A DNA stretch of 64,000 bases, from positions 124,001 through 188,000 of the forward strand of contig JBBPEB010000024.1 in the NCBI GenBank assembly GCA_039096225.1, in the 5' to 3' direction. The notes beneath the pieces were generated by a model. The model did not search any database and was not told the DNA's origin. It was given only the letters and a program-made list of their open reading frames with translations. This document shows, one piece after another, positions 26,601-40,870 of this stretch (positions are counted from its first letter, which is position 1; every line of letters begins with the position of its first letter). The position numbers were made by a program, and so were the translations under genes. The stretch is from Blastocystis sp. Blastoise (lineage: Eukaryota; Protista; Bigyra: Opalinata).

Positions 26601-29600
26601 CCTTTTTTGAGAAGCAACTCTATAACAGGAAATAAAATAAAAATGAGACCATTCCCATTATGACTTTTGTCTCAAGAATCTTCAAAATTCTGAATCTTCG
26701 AGATATTTTGAGATTTTTGAGATTTTTTGAGATTTTATGGGACACAAAAAATGAACAGCCAATTATTATACTTTTCATATTTTGACTTTTTTATTTGTGT
26801 TTCTAAAAAAATAAAATTTATAAAAATTATAAATAATTCTATTGGTTGATAAAATAAGCCAATTGTTTTATTTCTTTGTATTTTCTATTATTAAAAAAAT
26901 AATTAAAAACAGAAGTTTGTGTTTTGTTTATACTTTATATATTACCTTTCTATTTTTTATATAAACACAACAGTTTTTTTAATAAATATATAAATAAAAT
27001 AAATATTCTTTTCTGACTATTAAATTTTTATTTAAAAGGATTCTGACAACAAATTGACAAAAATATTTTTAATAGACTTTTAATAATGGCTTAAAAACAT
27101 ATCAGTGGCCATTTCACTCAAGAAAACAGCAACTGTTTGAAAGATTGAACACAACAATGTAATTCACTCATTTTTTGATACTATTAATTTTTACTGTTTT
27201 AATAACTAATGCCTCTAAAAGACTTACCATTATTAGAAAAACACTTTAGTAACATGTTTGTAAAACATATTACAAAGAATGGGTCAGAATGTCAAACTAT
27301 TTTTATTTTTTAATTGATTTGAATAGATATATTTAATATATATGTTGTTTTAAAAACATTTAGTAAAAAAAATTTATAACTATTACTTTACAATTCAACA
27401 ATTAAAAAAAAACAATTCAAGTTGACTCTTTAAAATAATTTTTAAAACTAACTATCAACAGTTTAACAAATTATTTTGGTTTTGATTAGAATCATCTAGT
27501 TATGAAAGACTTTTAAGAGACTTTACCATTTTGAAATGTTTTGCATCAAGATGAAATCGTCTATAATTTTGTCATTCAGTAATATTTGTTATACACAGTT
27601 ACTAATAATCAAAATTGACTTGAATCTCTACTATGTAAAAATTAATTGTAAATGAATTCACTCTTCAAAACAAATATTGAAAAATAGGTTTAATTTCTTT
27701 ATTTATATTTCATTATAAAACTATATTTTATCATTTTCAATTGAATTTAAAAAACATAGAGTCAGAATGGAGACATATCTTCAAAATACAAAACTATTTT
27801 AAAACTAATTTTTAATTATAAATATCTATATAACAGTATCCAACTCATTTTTACACTTAATGTTTAAAATTAATAGTGATAAGTCACAATTATACTGTTT
27901 TCAACTTTTCTATATAAATATAACCAACACTTGTTTAAAGTCTTATATTATACATGTATCTAGTAATTGAATGTTAACCTGTAAAATAACTCATCAAAGT
28001 ATGTTTACATCAGCCAATCTGTTTGTTAACTGTCTTTTAAAAAGCCAATATTTATATATTATATGTCCAAAGTCTTAATGTATTTGTAAATAGTACTTAT
28101 ATATTTTAAAATATTCTCATTCAACTCAAAATTAAATAAAAAAACAAAAAACAAAAACAAAAAACTCTAAAAAAGACATAATATTTATTCATTTAATAAC
28201 TCTGTCAATTTTTAATTAATTAAATTTTTTTTCATATACTTTTAATAAGAATAGCATAACATATATAAATTCTATTATATTTTAACTATATATTATAAAT
28301 TGATGACCGAAATCGGCCTGAGTTAAAACAATAAAAACACAATTTTTGAAAAACTATGAAATTTGTTTCTCATTTTTGACCCCGAGATTCAACGATATTT
28401 TATATTTTGATTTGATATATGTATACAATGATATATTATCTATTTATATAAGTTTAAAAAAGTGTGTTAGGAGGACTTTTTTTGGTGTAAAGCCACAATT
28501 AACTTTTTTTGACCTTTTTCAAAAAGTCTTTAAAGACAAAAAAAATCATAGTGTAACATATATCGCATCCTTACACCAAATATGAAGTCCAGAGTCGAAA
28601 TTAAAGTGGTCGAAATCTGCCGATACACCAACTTTGTTGTTAAAAATATACGATAATGGCATATTTGTGTATAGTCCAGGTTACTATATTATATAATAAA
28701 GTCAGAATTTGATTTAGAAAAACTTCACTGGATACATATCCAGTCATCTTTGCTTTAAAGTTATAAAAGTGTGTTGTATGAGTGGCGATTTTTGTCTAAA
28801 CATAAAATATAAAGTCAGATAGTCTTTAGAAAGAGTTGAATGATTTCGATATGTTTTTGACCTCAGTTATTTTGTAATCTGTTCATATATTTCAAGAGGT
28901 GTCATGTAGTCATACAAATAAATGAAGTCTAGAATTGAAATAAAAGAAAATTATTGGCAGAACACACAATTGAAGTTTTTTGTTACTTTTTCAACATGCT
29001 AAAAACTGGTTTTAATCACTTTTAGGATGTTTTCATGACTAATAATGATGACTGGAGTTGTTTCTATAAAATTTGAAAGGGGTCAAAAGAGAATGTGCTC
29101 GATATCTCAAAACTTTGTGGATGAAATTTTTTAAACTCTTTATACTTATTGGTTATACGACTCATTCTATGTATATAGGTTGATTATACGTTGTTAAAGT
29201 CACTTTTAAAAATGATTATTTGTTTAATTGTCTTTTCAAAATCTAAAAGTAGTTTATTTGTTTAACCTGATATTTAAAATATATAAAAATTATTTTATTA
29301 AAAATATATATGTTCTTATGTAAACAAACAAATAAAATAAAATAAATAAAAAAAATTAATAAAATTCATTAAATGAAAAAATTTCTTTTGTAAAATTATT
29401 ATAAAAAAAGAAATTTTCTATAAAATAAAATTTATAAGAAAAAGTAAATTTTTAGAAACAATTTAAAATTCTATAAAGAATGAAAGAATTCTATAAAGTG
29501 TACGACAGTTTTTATTGGATAAAAACTCAAATTTTGAATTTTATTGCATTTTAGTGGCCCAGTCGGTTAAGTCACTTCTTTGTAGGACCGTTTTAGGCCT

Positions 29601-29766
29601 TTAGACGTGGAATTTTTGAAAATTTTAAAAGCGCGTCATAATACGTTTTTTATCTAGATTCTAAATCTTTTATCAGTGTAACATAGATACGTGACACAAA
29701 AAAGTAATCGGTCTATTTATATCAGTACAATTTCGTGCTTACTTATCCCTTTTATATATAAGATAG

Positions 29767-29976
29767 ATTGGATCTACCTGCTTCACTCGTTGATTCTTTT
29801 GTTCATATTTTCTGTGAATACTTATGAATGATAATAAACAATATTCAGAATTTACAGAAGAATATTTTGATACATATTTATATAAAGAAAACCCTAGTCT
29901 TCAAAGTTCTAATTATATATACACTTCTCCCGCGGGAATAAGCCCATTTTCATCCTCTAATGAAAATGAAAAATAA
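29767..29976 (+). pseudogene. Downstream exon of the Helitron-interrupted host gene (contains a 1-nt frameshift)
   Basis: Reads LDLPASLVDSFVHIFCEY, then shifts frame to MNDNKQYSEFTEEYFDTYLYKENPSLQSS...NENEK*. Confidence 0.45.
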
Positions 29977-30197
29977 AAAACAATTCACAATACTGTCAAA
30001 GTACCATTTAATCCCAATAATCTAAGTGTATATATATATATATATATGTTATTATTATTATTATATATTATTATATATTATTATATATATAGATTACTTA
30101 TGCCCATATACATGTTTCTACTATCTATACTTTCAGCAATTCGTTCAAGTATTTTATATTAATATATATAAATCAATGCTTGTAAATATTCAAAATA

Positions 30198-30248
<51 letters not shown>

Positions 30249-31757
30249 ACTTAAGTAGTTGGAAAATAAAATTCGTATTCTTCATTATGTATATAAAATA
30301 TATAGTATATTATTATAGTATTATTATATATATAGAGATGCAAAGTCTCAGACTTGTAAATCTAATGGTAAAGATGGTTATTTTGATTCAAAAAAATAAC
30401 TTAATATTCAGGTAGAGATGGGTAAATATATATAATAATTATTTATTATTATTATATTGATTATAAAGACTACTTTAGTTATGTATAAAACTATATAACT
30501 ATATATATAGTTCTCTTGATTTATGGCCTGGTTTTGAATGTACTTCTGTGAATTTCAATAATAAATGGTTCTTACAAATAAATAAGAAGAATAAAACTCT
30601 TCATCACAATACAGTATTAGAAGAATTCCAACTGTTTAATAAGGATGAAATTATGGGTGAATTACCTTTCTCTATTGTCACTACTTATTCTCATGAATCT
30701 TACAGAATCGAAGATATTGACTGGTATATATTTATATAGTGCTAGATGTATATGGTTGTTTTGTTTCTTTTTTATGTTTTATTTTTTTTTATTTTGTTTC
30801 TTTTCTATATTATATTTTATATTATATTATCCTTATTATTATATTATACTTATTATTCTCTATTATATCTCCTTATTATTCTATATTTTATTCTCTGTTT
30901 TATTCTATATTACATTCTATATTACATTCTATATTACATTCTCTATTATATTCTCCTTATTATTCTATATTACATTCTCCATTATATTCTCCTTATTATT
31001 CTATATTCTATTCTATAGGTCCTTAACTCCCGAGAGCACATTTAAGCGCCGTGTAAAAGGCGGGGAACCCATTCAAATTTCTTATTTAGATTATTATCGT
31101 AATGGACCTTATGGTATAAGTATACGAGATAAAAGACAACTCTTACTTATCTGTAACTATGTATATATATATTAATAATATATTGTGATTCTATATCTTA
31201 TAATGATAATAATTTTATATATATAATAATAATAAAAAGTATATTCTTTATTCTATTATATACTATAGTATAAGAATGGTAAGAAAAGTTGTGAATTAGA
31301 TAATCGTATTTATTTAATTCCCGAGTTATGTGTACGTATTGGAATTACCGATAGAATGAGGGCTGATGGAAAAATAACCAGGGGAATGATCGATAACTCA
31401 AAAATATCTCCTGAACAACTTTTAAATGAATTATATTTATTATTCTATTTATTATTCTATTTATTATTTATTTATTATATAATTAAATAGTTTAATTAGC
31501 AATCTTTCTATTACTGGTCAAAAATGTTGACACTTTCTCACTTATTTTTTTATATATCTATTTATTCTTATTATTCTTTATTATTATACTTATTATACTT
31601 ATTATGCTTAGTATTCTTTATTAATATTTATAATAATGAATATATGCTTTGGCCTCTTCAAATTCCCGCTAATCATATGGAAAACCAATCTCTGTGTTTC
31701 CCTAATACTTCTATTCCCGTAGATATGAATTCAGTTAATTGGAGAAATGTCTATAAA

Positions 31758-31790
<33 letters not shown>

Positions 31791-32193
31791 TATATATATA
31801 TATAGATATATATATATATATAAGGTGATGTTAAATTTGTACCTACAACATTAGCTAATAATCAATGGATTATTTTATTTGGAGGGCAAAATCGAGATGA
31901 TGCGAATTATGCGTATGAAGATTTCGCTAAAGCGGGTAGCAGTCTTGTATATATAGTATTATATATTATTATTATTTTATTATTATTTTTATTATAATTA
32001 TTATATATTATTATATGTATTATTATATATATTATTATTATTATATATATAGAATATTCGTGTAGAGAGACCTCGTATTGAGGGTGTGAATGGGAACCCA
32101 AATAAAGCATATTCATGGGTTAATGCATTTAGAGATTATATTCGCTGGAATGAAGAACTTGTTCTTTATGTTGTCCCTTCTCAAGATAAACGA
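29977..32193 (+). pseudogene. piwi: Piwi-clade Argonaute pseudogene fragment (end of N domain, L1, PAZ, L2, start of MID; no PIWI domain)
   Basis: Exons: 30511-30723 (LDLWPGF...TVLEEF...YRIEDIDW), 31019-31160 (LTPESTF...ISYLDYY...IRDKRQLLL), 31269-31427 (YLIPELCVRIGITDRMRAD...ISPEQ), 31612-31757, 31825-31946 (NQWIILF) and 32053-32193 (LVLYVVPSQDKR). These match Piwi-subfamily signatures. Lesions: GA donor at 31428, phase mismatch at 31757/31825, frameshifts upstream of 30511. The 5' limit is uncertain. Confidence 0.85.
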
Positions 32194-32196
32194 GTA

Positions 32197-32524
<328 letters not shown>

Positions 32525-33579
32525 GGATAATGCACAATGATTTAGATCTCTTAGATCAAATTACTTATAAAGATTTAATAGATATAAAGAGTATTATATT
32601 ATAGAAGGTATATATATATATTATTAGTATTATATATGTTATATAGGCTAATTTAATTGAATATATATTTAATCTATTGTGATAACTTCTTCAAAAGAAA
32701 CTTCAATTCATTATTCTTTATATGATTAATTATCTTCTTTTTAGTCTACTCTTTGAATTCTTTTAATATATCATAAGAAGGAGCCTATATAGAAATAACA
32801 TATTATGTAGTAACTACTCTTTTTCCTCCTTCTATTACTATATATATATTTCTTCTATTATTATAATATTATTATTTATTTAAATCATTATATGTTTTGT
32901 TCAAAATTGATTTATATGCAACTGTATGATAAATAAATGCTATTACTTAATTTTCTAATATAAATATAGTATTTATTATTATTTATTATTCTTGATAGAT
33001 TTTTTGTTAAACAATCTAAATTATATTTATTATTTATTTAAATTATTCATACAAGCATATTTCTACTCTTATAAACAAGAAAAAATAATTATTTTTTAAA
33101 GAATGTACTAATTATATAAACATAAAGCAATGTAAATTGTCTTATTTTATGCATCACTCTGTTCTTATCAATTAAATCACGAAAATATATCAATAGAACC
33201 TGTACATAAACATAATTAAGACTTCATTCTCAAAAAAGTAAAAATTGTTTTGCCAGTGGTCTTTAAATGTCATTACAAACAATAAATAAACGTATACAAC
33301 TCATTTAATACTTTATTAATAGACTTTTGTTTAACAAAGACTTTTTAGTATAAAAAAAGAGAAAAACAAACATTTTCATCTATCTCCTGGATTTAAATCA
33401 AATTTTAATGAAATTTTTATATATAAATAAAAAGATTCTCTTTTACCCCCACCCCTGTTATTTTTTTTTTTATAATTTTCAATCTTTACATAAATATTTT
33501 TTTATTCATATTTCAAAAATAGATAATAAAGGTTCTATAAAATGTATTTTTATTATTTTATACATATAATAGTATATAG

Positions 33580-36500
33580 GTTTCTCTATATCATTCAAAT
33601 AATACACAAATGAATACGATTATGGATAAGGTATGTATATAATTATTCTTTTACTTATTCTATAGGTTTATTATATCATTATGAAATCAGAATATCAAAA
33701 ACAACTTCAATTGGAAAGGTATGTTTTTACTCATTTTTTTATAATTATATTCTAGTCATCCAAAATATAGTATCTAGTTCAACTGCAGTCCTTTACAAAA
33801 GCTATCGTAGAAGGTATATACTTATATTTCTCTCTTTATGTTTACATTCTTACTTTCCTTTTATATAGGTATAAAATGAAACAAAGCTGCTTGTTGGGGA
33901 TGTCAATATGTGTCCAGTTACTCGATATAAAACATAAATAGTTTCTTTTCTTCTTCTTTTCTTTCATTTTCTTTTTTTCTCTTTTATTTTTCTTTTATTT
34001 GTTCTTTTCGTTATTCTCTTTTGAAAATTAATGCTTAAAAGATTAGCCAATCGTTTTGTTTATTTTAAATATGTTTTATTGGACTATATCAAATAAATCA
34101 GCTTTTTTATTGGATCATTAATAAAGAATTTTTATATATTCCCGTGAATTTATCAAATATATTAAGGTTATTCCCCGTGTTTATAACTAAGCTGAAAGGG
34201 TTCTGATTCAGTCTGATATACAAATCTTCATTTTGGAGAGATTTTGCAAAAGAAAACTGCCTCATAGTGAATGAGGAAACTACGATACCTAGTAATACTG
34301 GAAAAGAAAATGAACTCTCCTTATATATTAGCAAAACAAATAACGAAGACGAATCATCAAATTGTTCGATAAACGAAATTGAATTTCTCTTAGTGAATGA
34401 AAGCATATCTAATAATGAAACAATAGATGTTGAAGAAGTATACTTAATGGATGTTAGTGATTCAGAAGTAACTTCTGAAGAAAAATATATGATTGAAACG
34501 TTAATAGCAAATAATACTTCTAATTGAAATAATGGTCTTCCTAATAAAATAAATGAAATGAGAACTTTAAATACTAATACTAGTTCTAATATAGAAGTCG
34601 CAAACAGTATTAGTGAAGAGCAATTAGTAGATAAGAATATAACAAGTTCATTTATGGAATTACTTCACTCCGAGTCTGATGTCACTATAGATGCCTTTTT
34701 AAATGATATTAATAATGATAAGAATAGTTACTCCTTCATTTCTTATCAAAACCGAAAATTATTTAATGATCATATGAATATTGTCTTCCTTAATAGGTAT
34801 TTACACCTTAATAAAGGCTTCTTCTTAAATAAGCAAATTAATAGTATTAGAGGTATCATAGAAGATACATTTCCTTCAGTAAAAACAAATTATATATATA
34901 AGGCTTCAAAGACTTTCCTATCAACTAATAATAGCTCCACTTCATATATACCTTCGATCATTCAAGAAATTAATCGTCTAAATTCAAATAATAAGACATT
35001 TTATATGTTATGCCCCCAAAAGACAACTGACTACTCAAAACACTTCTCAAAAAATATATATGAGCAAATCCTATCTGAAAAATACTTGGTAAAGGATTCA
35101 TCGCTTATATATTGTGGAACAATAATTTATGAAAATATTCCTCTTATAGCAAAAGGGACATATGTATTATTTCTGGATGGCATGTTTTTAAGTATAGGAA
35201 CAATGGTAACTTTAGTAATAACAAGTATATATATATATATATTTATATATGTTTCTATATATATTTCTATATATTTTTCTATATATTTTTCTATATATGT
35301 TTCTATATATATATATTTCAATATATATTCTATATATGTTTCTATATATATGTTTCTTTATATATGTACATTTATATATATATATTTCTATATATGTTTC
35401 TATAGCTGTTTCTATATATATATTTCTATAGCCGCTTCTATATATATATATATCTATATATGTTTCTATAGTTGTTTCTATATCCATATATATTTCTATA
35501 TATATTTCTATATATGTTCTATATATATTTCTATAGCCGTCTCTATATCTATATTTATGTTCCTATATATGTTTCTATAGATGTTCTATATCTATATATA
35601 TTTCTATATATATATTTCTATCAATATATTTCAATTTATATTCTATATGTGTTTCCATAGTTGTTTCTATAGTTGTTTCTATATCTATATATATTTCTAT
35701 ATATATGTTTCTCTATACGTGTTTCCATATATATTTCAATATATATTCTATACATATTTCTAGAGCTGTTTTAATATCAATATATATTTATACATATATA
35801 TTCCAATATATATATGTATTCATTTCTTTATATATTTATATGTGTTTATATATGTATTTCTATATATATTTCTATATATTTTTTTATATACATGTTATGC
35901 TTATATTTGTTCTAAATACATTTCTATACATATCTATGCTTATATATTTGCATATTTGAATATATTTAACTATATATATCTATGTTTCTGTCTATTTGTT
36001 TATATATGTTTATGTTTTTATATTTCTATGTATATATGTCTATTTCTAAGTATAAATTTCTATGAATATAGGTGTTAATATCAACCACGAGAGCATATGC
36101 TTAGCATATGGCTTCTTCCAGTCTGAAAGTGAAACTTCTTGGAGTTTTTTATTAAAAAGATTTCTTGGAGCATTAAACACTTATTTTGAAACTACTCCTA
36201 CCTTTACTATAATCTCAGATCAGGTAAAAGAGATCTCATCAGCTGTAGTCACTGTTTCCCGTTATGGCCCCATATCTTCTGTTTATTCCATCTACTTCAA
36301 GATTTTAATATAATGAGACCCTTTGAGAAATTATAATGTAAAGAAGCTTATCAATGTCAAACAAAAAAAGAGCTGGAAAGCAATTGAAAAACATAAAAAA
36401 TACTCAAACAAGAAATAAGATAGACAAGATATAGCAATATAATTATTCTCAAATAATTAGATGTAAGTCTTCAATATGTGAATGGAATGTAGCATCAAGT

Positions 36501-36930
36501 GTAGCAGAGAGTTATAATAGGCTACTGAAAAAATATAGGTCCCTTCCCATTCATTTAATTATGATATTTATATATAATCAAACGCTTATAAAACAGATGA
36601 AAATAGCAGATAGAATAAATCCTGGCTTAAAATATCTTCCTTTTTTACAAAAATGGTCACTAAATCCCTCAATAAAACACATGAAGTCGTGTATAAAGAA
36701 GATAAGGGATATGTATCTTTTCAAGATGGAAAAATATACACTGTCGATTTGAATAGAAAGACTTGTACTTGTAATTCATTCCAAAATCTCCTTATGCCAT
36801 GTAAACATGCTTCCTTACTTATTAACTACTTTCTTGACAAAAATATTATTATGGAAAGCGATATATATCAATTATGCTCTGGTTCCCTGAACAATACCTA
36901 TTATGAGACTTATTTCAATTATAAGCCACA
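33580..36930 (+). pseudogene. Decayed MULE transposase of a divergent family; last exon missing
   Basis: VLFLDGMFL...|GVNINHESICLAYGFFQSESETSWSFLL...IISDQVKEI, AESYN, and SWIM finger CTCNSFQNLLMPCKH. Contains stops and frameshifts and an 846-nt simple-repeat intron (35226-36071). Ends at a donor at 36931, followed by (TA)n and a Helitron. Confidence 0.85.
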
Positions 36931-36959
36931 GTACATACATATATATATACATATATATA

Positions 36960-39150
36960 TATATATATGAGAATAGGCAAAAAAAATCCCATTGGTCAGT
37001 TTTTGGAAAATGCATTTGATTGGCTAATGTATACTCAAGTTTGTGTACACAACTCCTCTAAACTTACGGGGAGTTAACTTTTGGTTGAAACACAGTTCAA
37101 TACGATATAACGTGTAGTTTTGCACCGTATATTTGGTTAAGCGATATTATTAATAATTAAAAAATTATTAATAAAAAAACAGAAAACATGATTTTTGAGT
37201 CGTTTTTGATTGGCTCTTTGGGATCATAAAGATAAAAATTGTTGACCAGACAATTGAAAAATAAACATGGGGTAAACTTGATTTTTTCTCAATCCCACAA
37301 TATACGTTATCCATGTTTATTCTTTATATTTATCTATTTTTTAATACTTTTTCATATTGAACACGTGAGGACTTAACGGTCAAATTTATAATCTCAATTT
37401 GACATGATATTCTGATTCAGGAGGTCGAAAAACCTAGGTGTAGCGATTTTGAGCTTCTGAGGACTATTTTTGAGTGATCGATATTTTCTTTGATCTTCTT
37501 ATAATTGACTAATATTGTAGTATTGTAATCAATAGGTCATAAAACTACTATAGTAGAAACAAAGTTTTTAAATAACGAGTTTAAAAGTGACAATTTTGAA
37601 AAATGTGAATTAAGTGGTCTTAGAGTGAGAGATTCAATATAATGACTTTTATTTAATAAACTATAGTTATAACTCCATACTATGTTAAAAGGAGAGTCAA
37701 AATTATGAAGGTCAAAGTGTATGGGCAAATGACAAAATGTGTCTTAAAAAGTAAAATGGCTTCTATATGTGTTTAGAATCATATATTAAGTCTATTTTAT
37801 GAATAAGAAACTTAAATAAATAGTTTAAGGTTGTCAAATTCAAAAGAATGTATAAAACATAGCCTTAAACTGTGAATAAAAAATTTAGAGATATTAATTA
37901 GTGTACAGCTGTAGTAGCTCTACAACATATCAAAAGTACAGTTAAAATAATTTTTAGAGAGTGGATGTGTGAAGGGTTGTGACTATTATTTAAAATTTAT
38001 TTTTACTTCAGTTTGTTTAAAATCGTGAATTTCGTGCACTGTAGAAAAATTGAGTCAAAAGGTCAACTCTAAGGGTCTTAAATTTAAAAAAATGTAAAAA
38101 TGAGTGACTTAGAGGACGAGATTCAAAATAAGAGTGTTTATTCATTAAACTAGAGTGTATGATCTATATTATGTTAAAAGAAGGGACGAAATTATTTTGG
38201 TCGAAGTAAATGAGCAAATGCAAAAGGTTTATGAAATGTCTTAAAGTGATGACTAATGTGTAGCTATGGCCTTATTAAGTAAAGTGTGTAAATATTAGCA
38301 TTTAAAAATGAGTTTAAGTGTGTAAACTTTTCATAATGTGTCAAAAAGGGTCTTTAAGAAAGAGATTCAAAACATTTACTTTTATTTAATAAATGGTATA
38401 ATAAACTCTATACTATATCAAAAGACTGACGGAAATTATTTTGATACAGTGGATCTTGAATGGGTAAAGTCTCTTTAAAAGTTACATTTTTGAGTTATTT
38501 GTGTTTAAAATCATTAGTTGAGATTAATATAAAAATATTAGCTTTTTAAGAAATGTTTTAGTTGTCAAAGTTAGAATGAATGTTGACTTTGTTATACTTA
38601 AAACTTCAAAATTCTTTTAAAAAGTATTAAAATGAGTTTAAATCTTTATATTATGTTATTTAAATGAATTTTATAAATTAAAAATACTCAAGAGTACTTC
38701 ACATTGTGACTCATTTCTGAAGTTATTGACTTTAAAAACTCACAAAATGTTTAAAACAGTTGTTTAATTATTACTAAATACAAAATATATATTTAAAAAT
38801 AAATTGTTGTGATGAATATAACTCAAGATGTTATTTTTTATTAATAAATAACTTTTTTTCTTTTTTCATTTCTTATTTAAAAAGTCTAAAATAATCTTAT
38901 ATCAGGAATTGAACCTGATCACAATCACTTACTGATTGTAACTCTCCATATAGACTATAAGAAATTTATAATATATAATATATAATATAAAATAGATAAT
39001 TGATAATAAATAATACATAATAAATCATAAATAATAAATAATAAATAATATATAATATATAATATATAAGATAATAAAAAACTCTTTATATACTCTTTAT
39101 GCAGCCGCGGTCCGGTGCCGTTAGGCACTGGACCTGTGACGTGACCCTAG
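36960..39150 (+). mobile_element. Non-autonomous Helitron, copy 1 (~2.2 kb; 5' TC end lost in (TA)n)
   Basis: 3' hairpin GGTCCGGTGCC-GTTA-GGCACTGGACC (39109-39134) followed by ...GACCCTAG. Near-identical to 51663-53916 (inverted) and similar to 56109-58370. Confidence 0.85.
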
Positions 39151-39237
39151 CATATATATATATATATGTATATATAAATATATATAATAGTATCTATCTT
39201 TTTTATATGATATAATGCATAGTATTGTATATATTAC

Positions 39238-39286
<49 letters not shown>

Positions 39287-39340
39287 TATTATATATAATT
39301 TTATTTATATGATATACATCCTATTTATATAGCTATATAC

Positions 39341-39861
39341 AAGAACCTTCACAGTTTTCAGAATTACAACTTCTACGATTTATCGATATATTTCTGTCCA
39401 TATTAAAGTCCATTATTTTTTTGCATTCTTCACACCAAAAGACGTTTATTCTCAAAGACATACATTCATTTGCCGTGGACAATTTCCTAATTAAATCTTC
39501 TCCCCTTTTGGGTATTTTTAATGCGGGTATTGTTGATACTTTTTTAGGACGTTTTTCCCTAGTTTAATTAATTCAATTACAGATTCCTGGCCGACATTCA
39601 ATTTCTTCCAGCATACAAAGATTTCGTCCATTAATGAATCTTCTATGTATGAATTTATATTTTTTCTTTTAGGTTATACATATTATTTGTATTATACACT
39701 ATTATATACTACTTAAACTAGTTTATATATAAATAGATTACTTCATGGTTTATAATTTTGTTCATAATATCGTTTATAATAGATTCATGAGAATCAGGAA
39801 GAGTATCGTCAATGCTAAATTGTCTCATTTCATCATTAAAGAAACTAGTCTCCTTGTTCAT
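39341..39861 (-). pseudogene. 5' exons of a CACTA/CMC-like transposase (Zn-finger exon), truncated
   Basis: WKKLNVGQESVIELIK...LKIPKRGEDLIRKL...VFWCEECKK...CNSENCEG|gt resembles YKIPKNGQNLIRRY...IYSCSKC...CLNPNCNR|gt at the start of the 46880-49370 transposase, with the intron at the same position. Confidence 0.6.
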
Positions 39862-40096
39862 TTTTAAAATGTGAGGATCATCATGTATATTTTTATGATT
39901 AAGATATAAGCTTCATTAGAATGCTTACTTTCAGGCTTTTTATAACCGTTATGAAATAGTCTGTGTCCAACAATTTGGAAATATTAATAAAATATTATGG
40001 ATTTTCTCTGTATTTCTATTTTATATGTATTTTTTCCTTTTTTACATCTCTTATAGATAATATAAAAATATTTTCTGTTTGCTATTTTTTAGAGAA

Positions 40097-40870
40097 ATGG
40101 GTGATAATATTGAAAAATGGAATGATTTTAAAGTATATATGATAGGCTGCCTTAATGAATTCATTGACTTACAGATTGATAAAAGAAATGTTGGTATTCT
40201 CTTCAATATATATCGTTTTATTATTTATAGATGAATAACTACACTATCTTGATTCTAATTTGGAAACATTCCTAAGGCATAAAGCCCTTGAACATGGATT
40301 ACCAATTAATTATACTAGATCTGCTACTATAACAATTAGTGTGTATATATATATGTATTTAGTATCATATTATATTATTAGAACGCTCTTCATTATATCC
40401 CGTTTGTGCTATCTGTAAATAATAAAATGGAAGCCTTTAATTTATTTAAAATAGAAGAAGGGTCTGTAAAATTCAGAAACAATAGTAATTTATTCAAAAA
40501 AATATGTGAATTATGTTTTAAATTTGTTATAAAGTTGGACAGGCCATGGACCTGAGATTAGATGATATAAAAACAATAGTTAGGTAAATACTGGTTAATA
40601 AAAGAATTAATAGAACGCTAGTTGCTTATTTTGGATTCAAACCAAAAGATGTTTCGCTCCAAGAATATAGAAGAGCATTTAAACTTGACAAAAATTATAT
40701 ATTTGTATGTAAATATCATATATAAATCATTTATATCTATATTTAAAAATTTATAAGACCGATTGGATATTAATAAAGGATTTTAATTGTATACGACAAT
40801 CAAGATATAAAAAACACAAGAATATTCTAGAAAATTTTAAAAATCTATATGAGGAATTTTAGCAATTATA
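40097..40870 (+). pseudogene. Unknown partner gene (copy A), divergent from the CACTA-like transposase; CxxC...CxxC exon
   Basis: Reads MGDNIEKWNDFKVYMIGCLNEFID...|...LHYLDSNLETFLRHKALEHGLPI...|ERSSLYPVCAIC...KKICELC, with in-frame stops. Similar to 45383-46358 and 50104-50678. Confidence 0.45.

Larger units (their letters stand above)
17304..29763 (-). mobile_element. Full-length Helitron (12,460 bp) carrying RepHel and an upstream micro-exon gene
   Basis: The minus-strand 3' end is hairpin GCATCGGC-GAA-GCCGATGC (17314-17332), then CACCCG-CTAG|T. The 5' end is A|TCTTATATATAAAAGGG at 29763. Target is A^T with no TSD. Excision regenerates the intron acceptor AAATATAG and an in-frame host exon. 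Confidence 0.88.

Noticed and set aside
29764-29767. Alternative Helitron 5' end at 29767 (A|TCTATCTTATAT)
   Set aside because: It also fits A^TC, but only the 29763 end restores the host TAG acceptor and reading frame.
35127-36078. Several Y/I/F-rich ORFs on both strands
   Set aside because: They lie within the simple-repeat intron (35226-36071) that splits the MULE DDE domain.
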